Shown: piece after piece, positions 17,782-29,900 of the stretch
Position numbering within the stretch: the stretch's first letter is position 1
How the letters are laid out: each line of letters opens with the position of its first letter
Source: Reclinomonas americana ATCC 50394
Lineage: Eukaryota
Direction of reading: 5' to 3'
NCBI GenBank assembly: GCA_048213135.1
Contig: PS015559.1
Span: forward strand, 1-52,798
DNA length: 52,798 nucleotides
The notes under the pieces: generated by a model
The model's database searches: none
What the model saw: only the letters and a program-made list of their open reading frames with translations
What the model was told of the DNA's origin: nothing
Made by a program: the position numbers and the translations under genes

Positions 17782-18964
17782 GAGGGCGATGTGCGCGAGA
17801 CAGCGAGGGTGATGTGATGGGTGAGCGATGGGCGTTGGTCCAGCACTTCGGACGATGAAATTTACGCCAGTATATTGCACTTCGCGAGAATGACAGCACC
17901 GACAAGCAACAGCAGCTGTCTTGCTGATGGAGTCCAACGATGTCCAGAGCATTGATCGACACAAACACAAGACTTGAGGGCAGGGAGACGTTTGCTTGCG
18001 TCCGCTCTCGCAATCGCGATCGGAATTCGAACTTCACCGCAGCGCATGCGCAGCGTACTCTTGGCTGAACAGCCTTGCCGCACTTGCAGATAGAATCGGT
18101 TGCACCACGGCACATCGAATATTCCCGAGACAGCAAGCAAGTGCAAAGCCGGCCGCTGCGCGGGTCCAACTTCGCAGCTGCATGCGCATGCGGGTGTGGA
18201 TCCGGATCCTTGATTCCGAAGCAATTCCGCAGGCAAAGCAGCGGATTTGTTGTTGCAGAGCGGTGTTGCCGGCTTGATTACCTGATGAAACGTACCGCTG
18301 TGGAGTGCTTGGTTGTGCACGTGGATCTGATTTCACCGGTGGTCGACACAATCCGCGTGGCGCCTTGTGCATGCACGCGCGCATGCATGCATATGCATGA
18401 TTCGAATTCGGTTCAAGAAGTATTGTCTATCTCTTCTTCCTCCACTTCCCACCACCGCCTACGTTGTGCGCAATTACCGGCCTTTGCCCAGCAACTTCCA
18501 CTCCACTCGCTGCTTTCGGTGAGTGATTTGAGCTCGAATTAAACTTGCACTCAAGAAAATTTCCTCTTTGGGATGCTGGCGTGGTGCGCACGTGCATGTG
18601 CACAATTGATTAACATGTTTCTCCGCCCTCCATCACCCCCGCTCTCTTCCATGCACACACAACAGCACATGCCCGTGGAGCATGTGGGCGTTGCCTCTTC
18701 CGGCACTCGGTTGGCGGCGATGTGCTTCAATTTGATCTCGGCGTGTCTCAAGAACACGGCCGAATCGGGAGAGACGTGTGCAAGTTTGTCTTTTTATCTC
18801 GCTCTGAGAGCCAAGGTAAAGTGACGCGCCTCCCTCTCCCTCCCACTCTCACACATGTGCACTCGTTGCACTTCTCTGTGTGTTGGTCAACCATGTCATG
18901 CATGCATGCTCATCTGTGTGCATGACGCAGAAAGTTCTTCAGACTTTTTACGACGGCGACGCTC

Positions 18965-21900
18965 ATGAGCCCCTCTGCAACAACTCGACACTACACCCGC
19001 TTCACTGCGCCAACGCTTATTGTCGTGGCTGTGGCGCTGGTACTACTGCTGTGCACAGCCAGCGGTCATGAAGGTTCGAACTCGAACATCGCCACTCCCC
19101 ATACATGTCAAAGCGCTCGCTTTCCCGCTCTGTCTCCGTCTCTCTCTCTCTCCCACACACCCTCTCTTCACACGCATGCACACGCATCTGCCTCCTCCCA
19201 CTCTCCTCCTCTCCACCGACTCTTGACTATGCAAGATTCGACACTGTTGGTGGTGATGCTCATGCATGAATGCACACAGAGACCAGCAATGCCGCAGTGC
19301 ATACACTGCGCGCGCCCATGCCCTGCTTCGCCCCTGGCACACCAGAATCCAAGGTCATCGAGATGACCAAGTTTCTGGCGGAGCGCCACGCCGGCGGCTT
19401 CCACACCGACAACCAGCAATTTGACACACGTGCGGATGTGAGCACGTACCGGTGGACTACTACCGCCACCAACGGCTCCAACATTCCGCAAGGAAAGCGC
19501 ATCACGCTGACGTACTCATTTGTGCCTGGTATGTCAAATCACAGTGCACATTGCGACATGCATACTGTGGTGTCTCACTGAACTCCGCCCTCCGCGCAGA
19601 CGGCGTTTCTACGGGCGGTCAGACCAACGAGCTGTTTGCTCGTTTCAACGCGATGTACGGCTCGCCCGACGTGTGGCAGAAGGTCTTCCGGGAGGCCTTT
19701 GCCATGTGGTCGTCGAAAACGGCCGTGAATTATGTGTACGAGCCCAACGATGACGGCGCTGCGTGGCCGGGCACGGCTGGCAAGCTGGGCGTGCGCGGCG
19801 ACATCCGCATCGCTGCAGCAGTTGCGTCTCACGCCGCCCTCCTATCCGCGTACGACCATGTGTGCTCACTTTGGCGCTGCACAGTACATTGACGGCTCGG
19901 GCGGCACACTGGCCTACAACTACTACCCCACGAACGGTGACATGCTGATTGACAGCCAAGACGATTGGTTCGTCAGCAGCAGTGCCACGGCGCACAACTA
20001 TCGCGGACTGCGCAACTGCATCATGCACGAACACGGCCATGGACTGGGGTTGCGTGACTGTGTGATTGTCTTGGATCACTCTCCTCTCTTCTGTGCTTCT
20101 CACGCGTCGTCACGCATGGTCACGATGTGCAGACTCGGTCACGCGTGCCCAGCAGACGACACCAAGTTGATGGAGGTGTGTGCAACCTGAAGCCGTTCTT
20201 TTCTGCATGTCACCGGCTCATTGTCTCCCGTCCAGCCGTACATTTCCACGGCCTTTGACGGTCCTCAGTTGGACGACACACTTGGCGCGCAGCGGCAGTA
20301 CGGTGACCCGAATGGTGCGTCACGTAACCGCTGCGTCTCCACGCACGCACTGCGCTGCACTTCACACTCACTTGCTCTCTGGCTGCAGAGGACAACGACA
20401 CGCCCGCCACGGCCACCTCGCTCGGTGCGTTGGTGCGCAGCACAACACCGACTGTCATCACCGGCAGCATTGACGTGCCTGCCGACGTGGACTACTTCAA
20501 GTTCACCACGTTTGCGGAGCTGGCCACCATCCGCCTCTCGCCGCCGGGTGTCGCGCCGTATCTGTTCGCGGTGCAGAGCGGCTCGTGCCCGTCTGGATCG
20601 CCGTACGACCCGAACAATCATCTGAACCTCGGTTTCAGCGTGCTCGGACCCGATGGTGTCACGCAGCTGGCGCTGGTCAACGGCAACCCTGCCGGCACTG
20701 CTGAGTTGCTGACCGAGTTTTTGCTGCCTGGCGGTGGCGGACCGTACTACATTCGTGTGTTCACGGATCCCACTGTGGCCTCCGACATTCAGATGTACAC
20801 GCTGTCGTTGACGCTGTCTAACAGTTGCGTACGCAGTCTGTGTTGCACTCTACAGATTCTTCTGTGCTCACTGCAGTGCGGTTTGCATCACAGTCAACCA
20901 CTGTGTCGGTGTGACGTGCGCCACGGACAACTACTGCAATCCCGACACGGGCATGTGGTGCGTGCACACACACAGAGTGTAATAGCTGTTTCTTTGTGTT
21001 GATGGTTTCTCTTGTATCCCATCAGCTTGCCTTGCCAATGCATCAAGAACAACACGGTGCAATGCAGCGCCACTGGAGAGTGTCAGTGCAAGTTCGGATG
21101 GGAGGGCATCGACTGCGGCACGGTGACGACGGCGTTCTGCAAGAGCACCGCCAGTGGGTTGCAGGCGTACCTCAAGCTCGATGGCGATCTGACAGCGGCG
21201 GGCACGACCACGGTGTCGGGATCAGTTGCTGCACTCGGCACCGCCACGGCGCGCTACACGGCTGGGCGCTTTGGCCAGGCTGCTGCGTTCCGCAACGCCA
21301 AGGCATCGTCGGCAGCCACGGCCGACTGGGCCATCACGCTCGGCACAAATCTCGCCGATGCGTACCGGCTCGGTGGCGGGTTCACCGTATCGGCGTGGGT
21401 GCGCACCACGCTGACGGTAGACTCGGCCATTATCTCCAACAAGAGCTGGGACTCTGGTTCCAACACTGGTTGGGCGTTTAACTCCAAGAATGTCGCCTTT
21501 GCCAACGCTCGTGCCTCTGGCATGACCCGTGTCGACCTTGGTGCCGAGTCACGCGACGGCCAGTGGCATCACTTGGTGCTGACTGCTGACCGTGCGGCCA
21601 ATCTCGTGACGGCATACCGCGATGGCGTGAGTGTCGGCACTGGTGCGATCGGAACTGTCGGGACCGAGTGGCTTGACAGCACCAGCAACTACTCGACGTT
21701 CCTTGGCGCCGACGGTCGCGGATACTGGGGAACCAACGCCGACGTCGACGACTTTGCCGTGTGGTCACGTCCGCTTTCGGCCTCTGAGGTCTCGTGTCTG
21801 GCGCAGCAAGGAGCGCTTGGCAAGTCGTTGGAAGGTTTGTGCACGAGTTTGCTTGTCGATGTTCATCCACTCATTCGCTCACACATCGCCGTCTTCCACG

Positions 21901-24900
21901 TCACTTCATAGCCGCTGCTGGGCTGACTGGTGGCAGTTGCGTGCCGAAGTTGTGAGCCTTGTTCATACGTTCGTTTGTGTCTCACATTTGCAGCGTTGCG
22001 CAGCCAACACGTGTGCCAATTTGTCTTGCCCGACGAACTCGTACTGCAACGCCAACACCGTAACTTGGTACGTGTGATCGATGCATGCGTCGCACTTGGC
22101 CGCCACTGCAGCTGACTGTCGACTGTGCCACTTTCAGTGTTCCGTGCCAGTGCACGTTGGCAAACACGGCTTCGTGCTCGAGCACCGGCCAGNNNNNNNN
22201 NNNNNNNNNNNNTGTGTGTGCAAGGCTGGTTACGGCGGCATCGACTGCAGCCAGCCGACGTCGTGCTCTGTGGTGACATGTCCCGCCAACTCGTACTGCA
22301 ACTCGAGCACGATTACTTGGTGCGTTGTATTTGTGCAGTGCTTCGTGTGCCAATCACCTCGTTGACGTTGCTGACCATGGCGCAGCGTCCCGTGCCAGTG
22401 CAACTCGACCAACACGGCCTCATGCTCCAGTACCGGCCAATGTGTGTGCAAGACTGGTTATGGCGGCAGCGACTGCAGCCAGCCGACGTCGTGCTCTGTG
22501 GTGACGTGCCCGACCAACTCGTACTGCAACCCGACCACGTTTGCCTGCACCGCTTGCAACTGCGTGGCGGCCAACACGACCTCATGCTCCAGCACCGGTC
22601 AGTGCGTGTGCAAGACCGGCTTCGGCGGCGCCGATTGCAGCCAGTCGATCTCGTGCTCCACGATAACGTGCCCGACCAACTCGTACTGCAATCCGACCAC
22701 CATTTCGTGCACCGCTTGCAACTGCGTGGCGGCCAACACGGCGTCATGCTCCAGCACTGGTCAGTGTGTGTGCAAGACTGGCTTCGGCGGCGCCGACTGC
22801 AGCCAGCCAACGACGTGTTCTGTGGTGACGTGCACGACCAACTCGTACTGCAACCCGACTACCTTCGCCTGCACGACATGCAACTGCGTCGCCGCCAACA
22901 CGGCCTCATGCTCCAGCACTGGCCAGTGCATGTGCAAGACTGGCTACGGCGGCACCGATTGCAGCCAGCCGACGTCGTGCTCTGTGGTGGCGTGCCCGAC
23001 CAACTCGTACTGCAACCCGACACCTTTGCTTGCACGGCATGCAACTGCGTCGCCACCAATACTGCTTCGTGTTCCAGCGGCCAGTGTACCTGCAAGACTG
23101 GTTTCGGAGGCGCCGACTGCAGCCAGCCAACGACGTGTTCTGTGGTGACGTGCCCGACCAACTCGTACTGCAACCCGACTACCTTTGCTTGCACGGCATG
23201 CAACTGCGTTGCCGCCAACACGGCGTCATGCTCCAGCACTGGTCAGTGCGTGTGCAAGACTNNNNNNNNNNNNNNNNNNNNNNNNNNNNNNNNNNNNNNN
23301 NNNNNNNNNNNNNNNNNNNNNNNNNNNNNNNNNNNNNNNNNNNNNNNNNNNNNNNNNNNNNNNNNNNNNNNNNNNNNNNNNNNNNNNNNNNNNNNNNNNN
23401 NNNNNNNNNNNNNNNNNNNNNNNNNGTGTGCAAGCCTGGCTTCACTGGCTCCCGATGCGACACGGTGTCGACCGTCACGTGCCCGAGCGCAGGCACCGGC
23501 TTGCGTGCATACCTCAAGTTCGACGGCAACCTGGCCGCCGGCCCCACCACCACCCTGGCGGGCGCTATCGCTCCCAACGGCACTGGCTCTGCGCGATACA
23601 TTGCTGGCCCGTTCGGTCAGGCCGCCTCGTTCCGCAACACTGCCAGCTCCTCGAATTACGCCAACGACTGGGCGGTGACATTCGGCACCAGCTTGGCCTC
23701 GGTGTACCGCACCGAGGTGGCCGGCTTCACAGTGGGCGCGTGGGTTCGCACCACGTCCACCAACGACTCCACATTCTTCTCCAACAAGGACTGGTACTCG
23801 GGCGCGAATACCGGCTGGGTGTTCAGCACATCGTACGCCACATTCCTCAACTCTCGTGCCTCTGGCAAGTCGCGTATCGACATTGGTGCCGAGGTTCGCG
23901 ACGGACAGTGGCACTATGTTGTGGCAACATTCGACCGTGCGGCGAATCGCGTGACAGCGTACCGCGACGGCGTGAATGTGGGTACTGGTGCAATCGGCAG
24001 CACCGGCACCGAATGGCTGGACAGCACCAACAACTACTCGACCTTTATCGGTGCCGATGGTCGTGGTGTGTACGGCGCCATGGCCGATGTGGACGACTTT
24101 GCGGTGTGGGCTCGGCCGCTGACGGCGGCTGAGGTGTCGTGCCTGTACACTCAGGGCGCGGCGGGTCGGTCGCTGGAGAGTTTCGTAGCATTGCATGTTT
24201 TGCCTGCTTCACCGAATTGTTGGTGACTAACATCAATGTCGTTTCATCTTCTTCTTGTGTCCTCCAGTTGCTGCTGGCCTTGCAGCGCCAACCTGCTCGG
24301 GCATCACATGCCCCGCCAACACGTACTGCAGCGCGAGCACTGTGACTTGTGTGGCTTGCAACTGCGTCACCGCCAACACGACCTCGTGCTCCAGCACTGG
24401 TCAGTGCGTGTGCAAGGCTGGCTTCACCGGTGCACGATGCGACACGGTGTCGGCCATCACGTGCCCGAGCGCAGGCACCGGCTTGCGTGCATACCTCAAG
24501 TTCGACGGCAACCTGGCCGCCGGCCCCGCCACCACCCTGGCGGGCGCTATCGCTCCCAACGGCACTGGTTCCGCGCGATACATCGCTGGTCGGTTCGGTC
24601 AAGCCGCCTCGTTCCGCAACACTGCCAGCTATTCGAATTACGCCAACGACTGGGCAGTGACATTCGGCACCAGCTTGGCCCCGGTGTTCCGCACCGAAGT
24701 GGCCGGCTTCACCGTGGGCGCCTGGATTCGAACCACGTCCACCATTGATTCGGCGCTGTTCTCCAACAAGGACTGGTACTCTGGTGCGAATACTGGCTGG
24801 ATCTTCAGCACATCGTACGCCACATTCCTCAACTCTCGTGCCTCTGGCATGCCGCGTATCGACATTGGTGCCGAGGTTCGCGACGGACAGTGGCACTACG

Positions 24901-25181
24901 TTGTGGCGACATTCGACCGTGCGGCGAATCGCGTGACAGCGTACCGCGACGGCGTGAATGTGGGCACTGGTGCGATCGGCAACACCGGCACCGAGTGGCT
25001 GGACAGCACCAACAACTATTCGACTTTTATCGGTGCCGATGGTCGTGGTGTGTACAGCGCCTCGGCCGATGTGGACGACTTTGCGGTGTGGGCTCGGCCG
25101 CTGACGGCGGCTGAGGTGTCGTGCCTGTACACTCAGGGCGCGGCGGGTCGATCTCTCGAGGTCGCCGCTGGCTTGGTTTAA
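18965..25181 (+). CDS. Secreted metzincin (matrixin/M10-like) metalloprotease with a PPC-like domain, Cys-rich EGF-like repeats and three LamG-like jellyroll domains; apparent 1-bp frameshift near 23021
   Basis: Signal-like segment LIVVAVALVLLLCTASG. Zinc motif HEHGHGLG|LGH across an intron and Met-turn TKLME|P. PPC-like GSIDVPADVDYFKF...PYYIRV. Three LamG-like units carrying FTVxAWxRT, SNKxWxSGxNTGW, DGQWHxxVxTxDR and DVDDFAVWxRPL. Stop TAA at 25179-25181. Confidence 0.88.
22243..23261 (+). repeat. Coding tandem repeat with a 162-bp unit (54-aa Cys-rich EGF-like module)
   Basis: The unit start GA(C/T)TGCAGCCAG recurs at 22471, 22633 and 22795 and 22957 (162-bp spacing) and at 23115 (158 bp). 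Unit sequence: CSQPTSCSVVTCPTNSYCNPTTFACTACNCVAANTASCSSTGQCVCKTGFGGAD. Confidence 0.95.
23426..25160 (+). repeat. Near-identical internal duplication of an EGF+LamG module (about 750 bp, two copies, offset 982 bp)
   Basis: GCCCGAGCGCAGGCACCGGCTTGCGTGCATACCTCAAGTTCGACGGC occurs at 23481 and 24463. The two translations differ at only scattered residues. Confidence 0.95.
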
Positions 25182-25274
25182 CGAGATCGGCATGACCACG
25201 ATGTAAAAAGTGTAAAGACGACAGCAACTAATTGTTTCATGGAAGAATTATCATCTCCACAACATCGTACTCTG

Positions 25275-25946
25275 TCAGAGAGCGGAGACGTTGAACGCTT
25301 GCACCATGGCGTGGATGCCGGCGGCAAACGTCACGGACAAGCCCATGACATACGAGATGCTCCGCCACGGTTGCAACTGCAGCGCAAAAGCGAACGAGTG
25401 TGCAAAACGCGCGACAGTGAAGATGATGTAGTAGGCCACGTGCGCCGAAGCCGATGAGTCGGCGTTGCTGGTGATGTACAGCAGGATTGCGATGAGGAGG
25501 AAGATGGGGATGTTCTCCAGGTCGTTCCGATGCATCGCTTGAGCGCGGTCCACCTTTGACGAGATGCTGGCAGCGGGAGCCGCTCCACTGCCCACGCGAC
25601 CGTACGCGGTCGCCGGGTTCGAGTCGCCTCCACCGGGAACGAGAGCCTCGTTGCGAGTGGCCGTCGATGCATTGCGTGCGTCCTTCGCCAATGCATTCCT
25701 GGTGAGCAGGCTGCAGAGGAGTGCAAGGCAACGAAAGAGCGCAGACTCACCTCCGGTGCCGCTGGTCGTCCCTCAGAGCGACGAGCGACGCCCGTGTAGA
25801 TGCCGACGCCAAACATCTGCACACGAACTTTGTCAGGCAGACAGGGAGGCGCGTCACATGCACGCTGCGAGGCACAGTACCTTTACGAAGAGCAAGAAGG
25901 TGCACACGGTGAGCGTGCGGATGTCGAGTTGGATGTCGAATGTCAT
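25275..25946 (-). CDS. MAPEG family membrane protein (MGST1/PTGES-like), copy 1
   Basis: Spliced translation MTFDIQLDIRTLTVCTFLLFVK|MFGVGIYTG...VDRAQAMHRNDLENIPIFL...FTVARFAHSFAFALQLQPWRS, with four hydrophobic helices. Confidence 0.9.
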
Positions 25947-26168
25947 GTGTGGTGTGTGCGCTCTCTCACTTGGTGTTTATTGTTGTTTCTCGGAGTTCGA
26001 TGTCGGAACTTGTCTCGCACTGACTGCAGGGTCTCGGCGACGTTGCCAGAGACTGACCAAGGTCGTAGAATCGAGAGGTTTATGATATTAACTCGCGAGG
26101 AAGGTGAGAAGGCCGGCGCCACGCGCAAGTGCACGTGGCCATGGAGAGAGAGAGCGTTGCGGAGAAGT

Positions 26169-26899
26169 TCACGAGACAATGTTGAACACTTGCACGCAGA
26201 GCTGAATGGCAGCGGCAAACGACATGCCAACACCCGCCGCAAAGGCCACAGTGCGCCACGGCTGCAAGGCAAAGTGGTAGCACACCGAGTGCGCATACCG
26301 CGCCACTGTAAAGATGATAAAGTAGGCGACTTGCGCAGGTGCCGGGTTCGAATCCTCCCGGAAATCCAAGCCCACCAGGCTGCTCAGCACCAGCAACACG
26401 GCAATGATGAGGAAGATGGGGATGTTCTCCAGATCGTTTCTGAGGAGCATGCACAATGAGCACCTCCTGCATCGGAATAACTCTCTCTCTCTTCTCTGAC
26501 CTGTACATCGCCACTCCGCGCTCCACATACGACATGTCTGCGCCGCCGGCTGCGGGCGCACCTGCACCCCCAGTGGCATATGTCGTGGCGGCACCACCCT
26601 CGGCCGCCAGCAGCTGTGCATCACGGCGTCGGTCCTGCAAGAATGCATGCACATTGAGTTGTGATCATCATCGACACGTACACAGAGCACGTGCACGCGC
26701 TTCAGGTGCTGCTGGGCGGCCTTCCTTGCGTCGGTGGTAGGCGGTGTAGAAGCCAGTGGCCCACATCTGTGTGTGTGTATTCTTGTCAGATGCGTGTTGA
26801 TGCACAACGCACAACGCACACAGAGATGAGAGTGACCTTGAAGAAGAGGAAAAAGGTGCACAGGCCAAGTGTGCGCAGGGCCAGAGCGTAGTCGTACAT
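26169..26899 (-). CDS. MAPEG family membrane protein (MGST1/PTGES-like), copy 2
   Basis: Spliced translation MYDYALALRTLGLCTFFLFFK|MWATGFYTA...VERGVAMYR|NDLENIPIFL...FTVARYAHSVCYHFALQPWRT. Confidence 0.9.
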
Positions 26900-26981
26900 C
26901 GTCGTCGCTCGCTGCTTCCACAAAGTGTTTGTTGATTGATTGACCTTCTAATGTTTGTTGTTCATTTTTGTCACATTCCTC

Positions 26982-29900
26982 TCATTGCGCGGCGACCTTG
27001 GCAAACGTCTCATTGCTCTGTGCCGACACGGGGGTCGGCGAGGGCAGGAACCGCGGTGGTGCGGACGCTGTTATACGCGAGTTAATAGGGAGAAAACACG
27101 ACAGTCCGTGCAAGAAAAAACATGGACGCAACCATCCACCGGTTGCATGCGGTGCACAATCGACAGCAGTGGTGCTTTGGAGTCGCCACAGTCTTCGTCG
27201 GCCAGGATGTCGGCCAAGGCTTGCGCGAATGCTGCACTCACGTGCGCGTGTGTGTCAGTACTGAGGACAAAAGGAATACCGTTTCAAGAAACAAAACGCG
27301 AACCGACAGGCAGGGGTGCATGGGGCGCCAGCCGCAGAGCCGTGTACGCGGCCAGGGCCAACTGCGTCGATGGCCAGCCCAGGTGCCACGAGCGGAGCCA
27401 CTTGGTGGCGGCCAGCGAGATCAACGGAGTGGCGAAATCGGTCGACAGCAGAGTCGCCGTGTCGGCCAGACAACTCGCCGACAGTGACAGCGCAGCGCTG
27501 GCCTCCGATTGCTCCGTGGTCGACAGGAGACGACGAGCCAGACGCTCTACCGCGGTTCACAACACAAAGTAGTAAGTGAGCAGTGAAGGCGCGCGCCGCT
27601 GATCACATTGACCCTGCACGCACCGACATTCTGCTTGATCGCATCGTTCTCGTGCGGCAACAACGAGGCATCCTGCTGCAGAAGCAAGTGCAACATCAGG
27701 GCCGACTGCTCCACTGAAGCGCCCTTGCACTCCTCGCCGTGAGCGACGGCCGCCAGCAGTGCTTCAAGCACGCGCTCGACCGCGCCAGACTGCAACAATC
27801 GCGAGCGTCAATTGTTTAATAGCATGAGTGACCGTGATTTGATTGAGTGCGTACAACACACACCTTTTGCATGAGAGCACGCGCGGCAGTGACCATGGCC
27901 GATCTCGCCACCGACGGTGACATGAGGCCCAGGGAGGCGGCAGCGGTTTCGCGTCGGCTAATCAGCACCACACCCTCGGCGTCCTCCTCGAACTCGTCGT
28001 CGTCGACCTCCAGCAGCGACGCCAGGCGGAACACGAGATCCACGGGCGATGCATCCTCGTCGAGTGCAAACCCAGCCGCAGCAACTCGACCGACAGCGGA
28101 AGCAATGTACGCCAGCGCGTGACCACAGTCGCAAGTCTTCCACTGCGAAGCGTTCGACTCGATCCACTCCAACGCGGCCTCCACAAGCGCCTCACCATTC
28201 GTCTCCTGCACGAAATCGACAGGTGAGGGTGGAGGAGTGGTGAATGCACGGCATAGTACACTGGCACTCAACGTCAAGAATGCCCTTCGAGTCGGCAATG
28301 GCAGCCACCGTGGCATCCACAATGTACGCCGAGCTCGGATCCTTCGCCGGCAAGTTCGGCAGCGAGTCTGTCAAGTTCTCCAGCAACTCCTCCGACGGCG
28401 GAGCCACAGTGGCCAGACCAGCTGGCAATGATTGCACGGTTGAGCAACGATGACAACAACGACAAAACACACAGGCGCTCGTATGCAAGCGCACCTGCCA
28501 ACATTGGAGCGGCGGAAAGGAACGAGTGCAAAGTGTCGTGACACAAGGCGTGGAACAGCGCAGCTGCAGCTGGGTGCATGCCGGCGAATGACCTGGCAGA
28601 AGGCGCAGCAGCGGTGAGAGCGGAGAACTACGGATCGGGTGCATGCTCGGACGCACATGGCAAGACTGGCAAACGTCGGCAAGAAGGTCGCGGCGGCCGA
28701 CTCGGGCAAGAGACGAAGCAGAGCGGCGGCGATGCTAGCCATGCTGGCCACCTGCGCCGTCACAAAATCGATAGACGAAGGCACGGCCGGTTGACTCGGT
28801 GGCTCTGCACCCACAGCGTCAGCAAAAAATATATCCGCACACTCTCACTCATACCACCAACGCGCAACTGACGCCGCTCATGTCGACCGTGATCGAGCTC
28901 TCATCGTCCGAGTCATCGTCATCGTCGTCATCGCCATTGGGTCGACTGGCATTACACCCGCAGTGAGCCTTGCGCGACAGCAGCAGCAGCAACAACAACA
29001 ACCATATCACTCACCGCACGACAAGAATGGCGTCCTCATCATCGATCTCGGGTTTTGAGTAGCCGCCGGCGTCGATGAGACCCACAAACTTGGCGGCGAG
29101 CACCGGCAGAGTGCACGCAGCCACTCGTTGCGCCTTGAGACCCTTCAGCGAGGGCGACCGGGACAGTGCTTGCAGACCCCACAGTGCGGCAATCTGCAGC
29201 GCCTCAGGATCCGCATTCTCCTCGTCGGCGACTGCTTGCACCAAGAGCGTGAACAGATTCACGACCAGCTCCGGCGGCGGTGCAGAGTCCTTGCTGGCCA
29301 CCAACAGAGCCAGACTCTCCACCGCTTGCGTCATGCTCTGTGCGCGCGATAACAAGTAAGCAACGGATGCGAGTCAAACAGAGTCGCTCTGCTCGTTCGT
29401 GAACCCACCGTGCGGACACTCTCCTCCTTCTGCCCCTCCTCGACGACACCGAATTTGCCGCGGATAAGGCGAGTGGCCGAGATGAGCACATCAAAGAGCT
29501 GGCCCTCGATCAGACGGCCCACCACTGACGCGTACACACTCATGGCCGGGTATCGCACAGCGTCCAAGTCGTGGAATGCCAGTCGAGCCAGCGGAACAAG
29601 AATGGAGCCCAGTAGGTTTTGTGCAATCAGAGTCTCCCAAAAGCCCGCACACAGTGCCTCGGCAATCTGAATTATCCGATAGAGTGAGTCGGAAGACTCC
29701 CTCGTCGCACAAACGTGTGCACACGCACCTCCAGACTGGCAACAGACACCATGTCCCACGTGGAGAGCGCAAGGTTGGTGAAGAGATCGACGGCGACTTG
29801 TTGCTGTGGGTGTGTAGATTTCACGGTTTGAGGAGGAAATGAAATGGCACTCACACCGCCATCTTTTGCAGAGAAACGCAACAGACGAGTGCCTCCAGTC

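Noticed and set aside
22471-23261. Regularly spaced repeats resembling a CRISPR array
   Set aside because: The whole 162-bp unit is repeated with no unique spacers, it encodes Cys-rich modules, and the context is eukaryotic with no cas genes.
23243-25199. Long antisense ORFs (317 and 384 aa) opposite the LamG exons, and similar ones opposite VAC14 and PCCA
   Set aside because: Expected shadow ORFs of GC-rich coding sequence, with no motifs.
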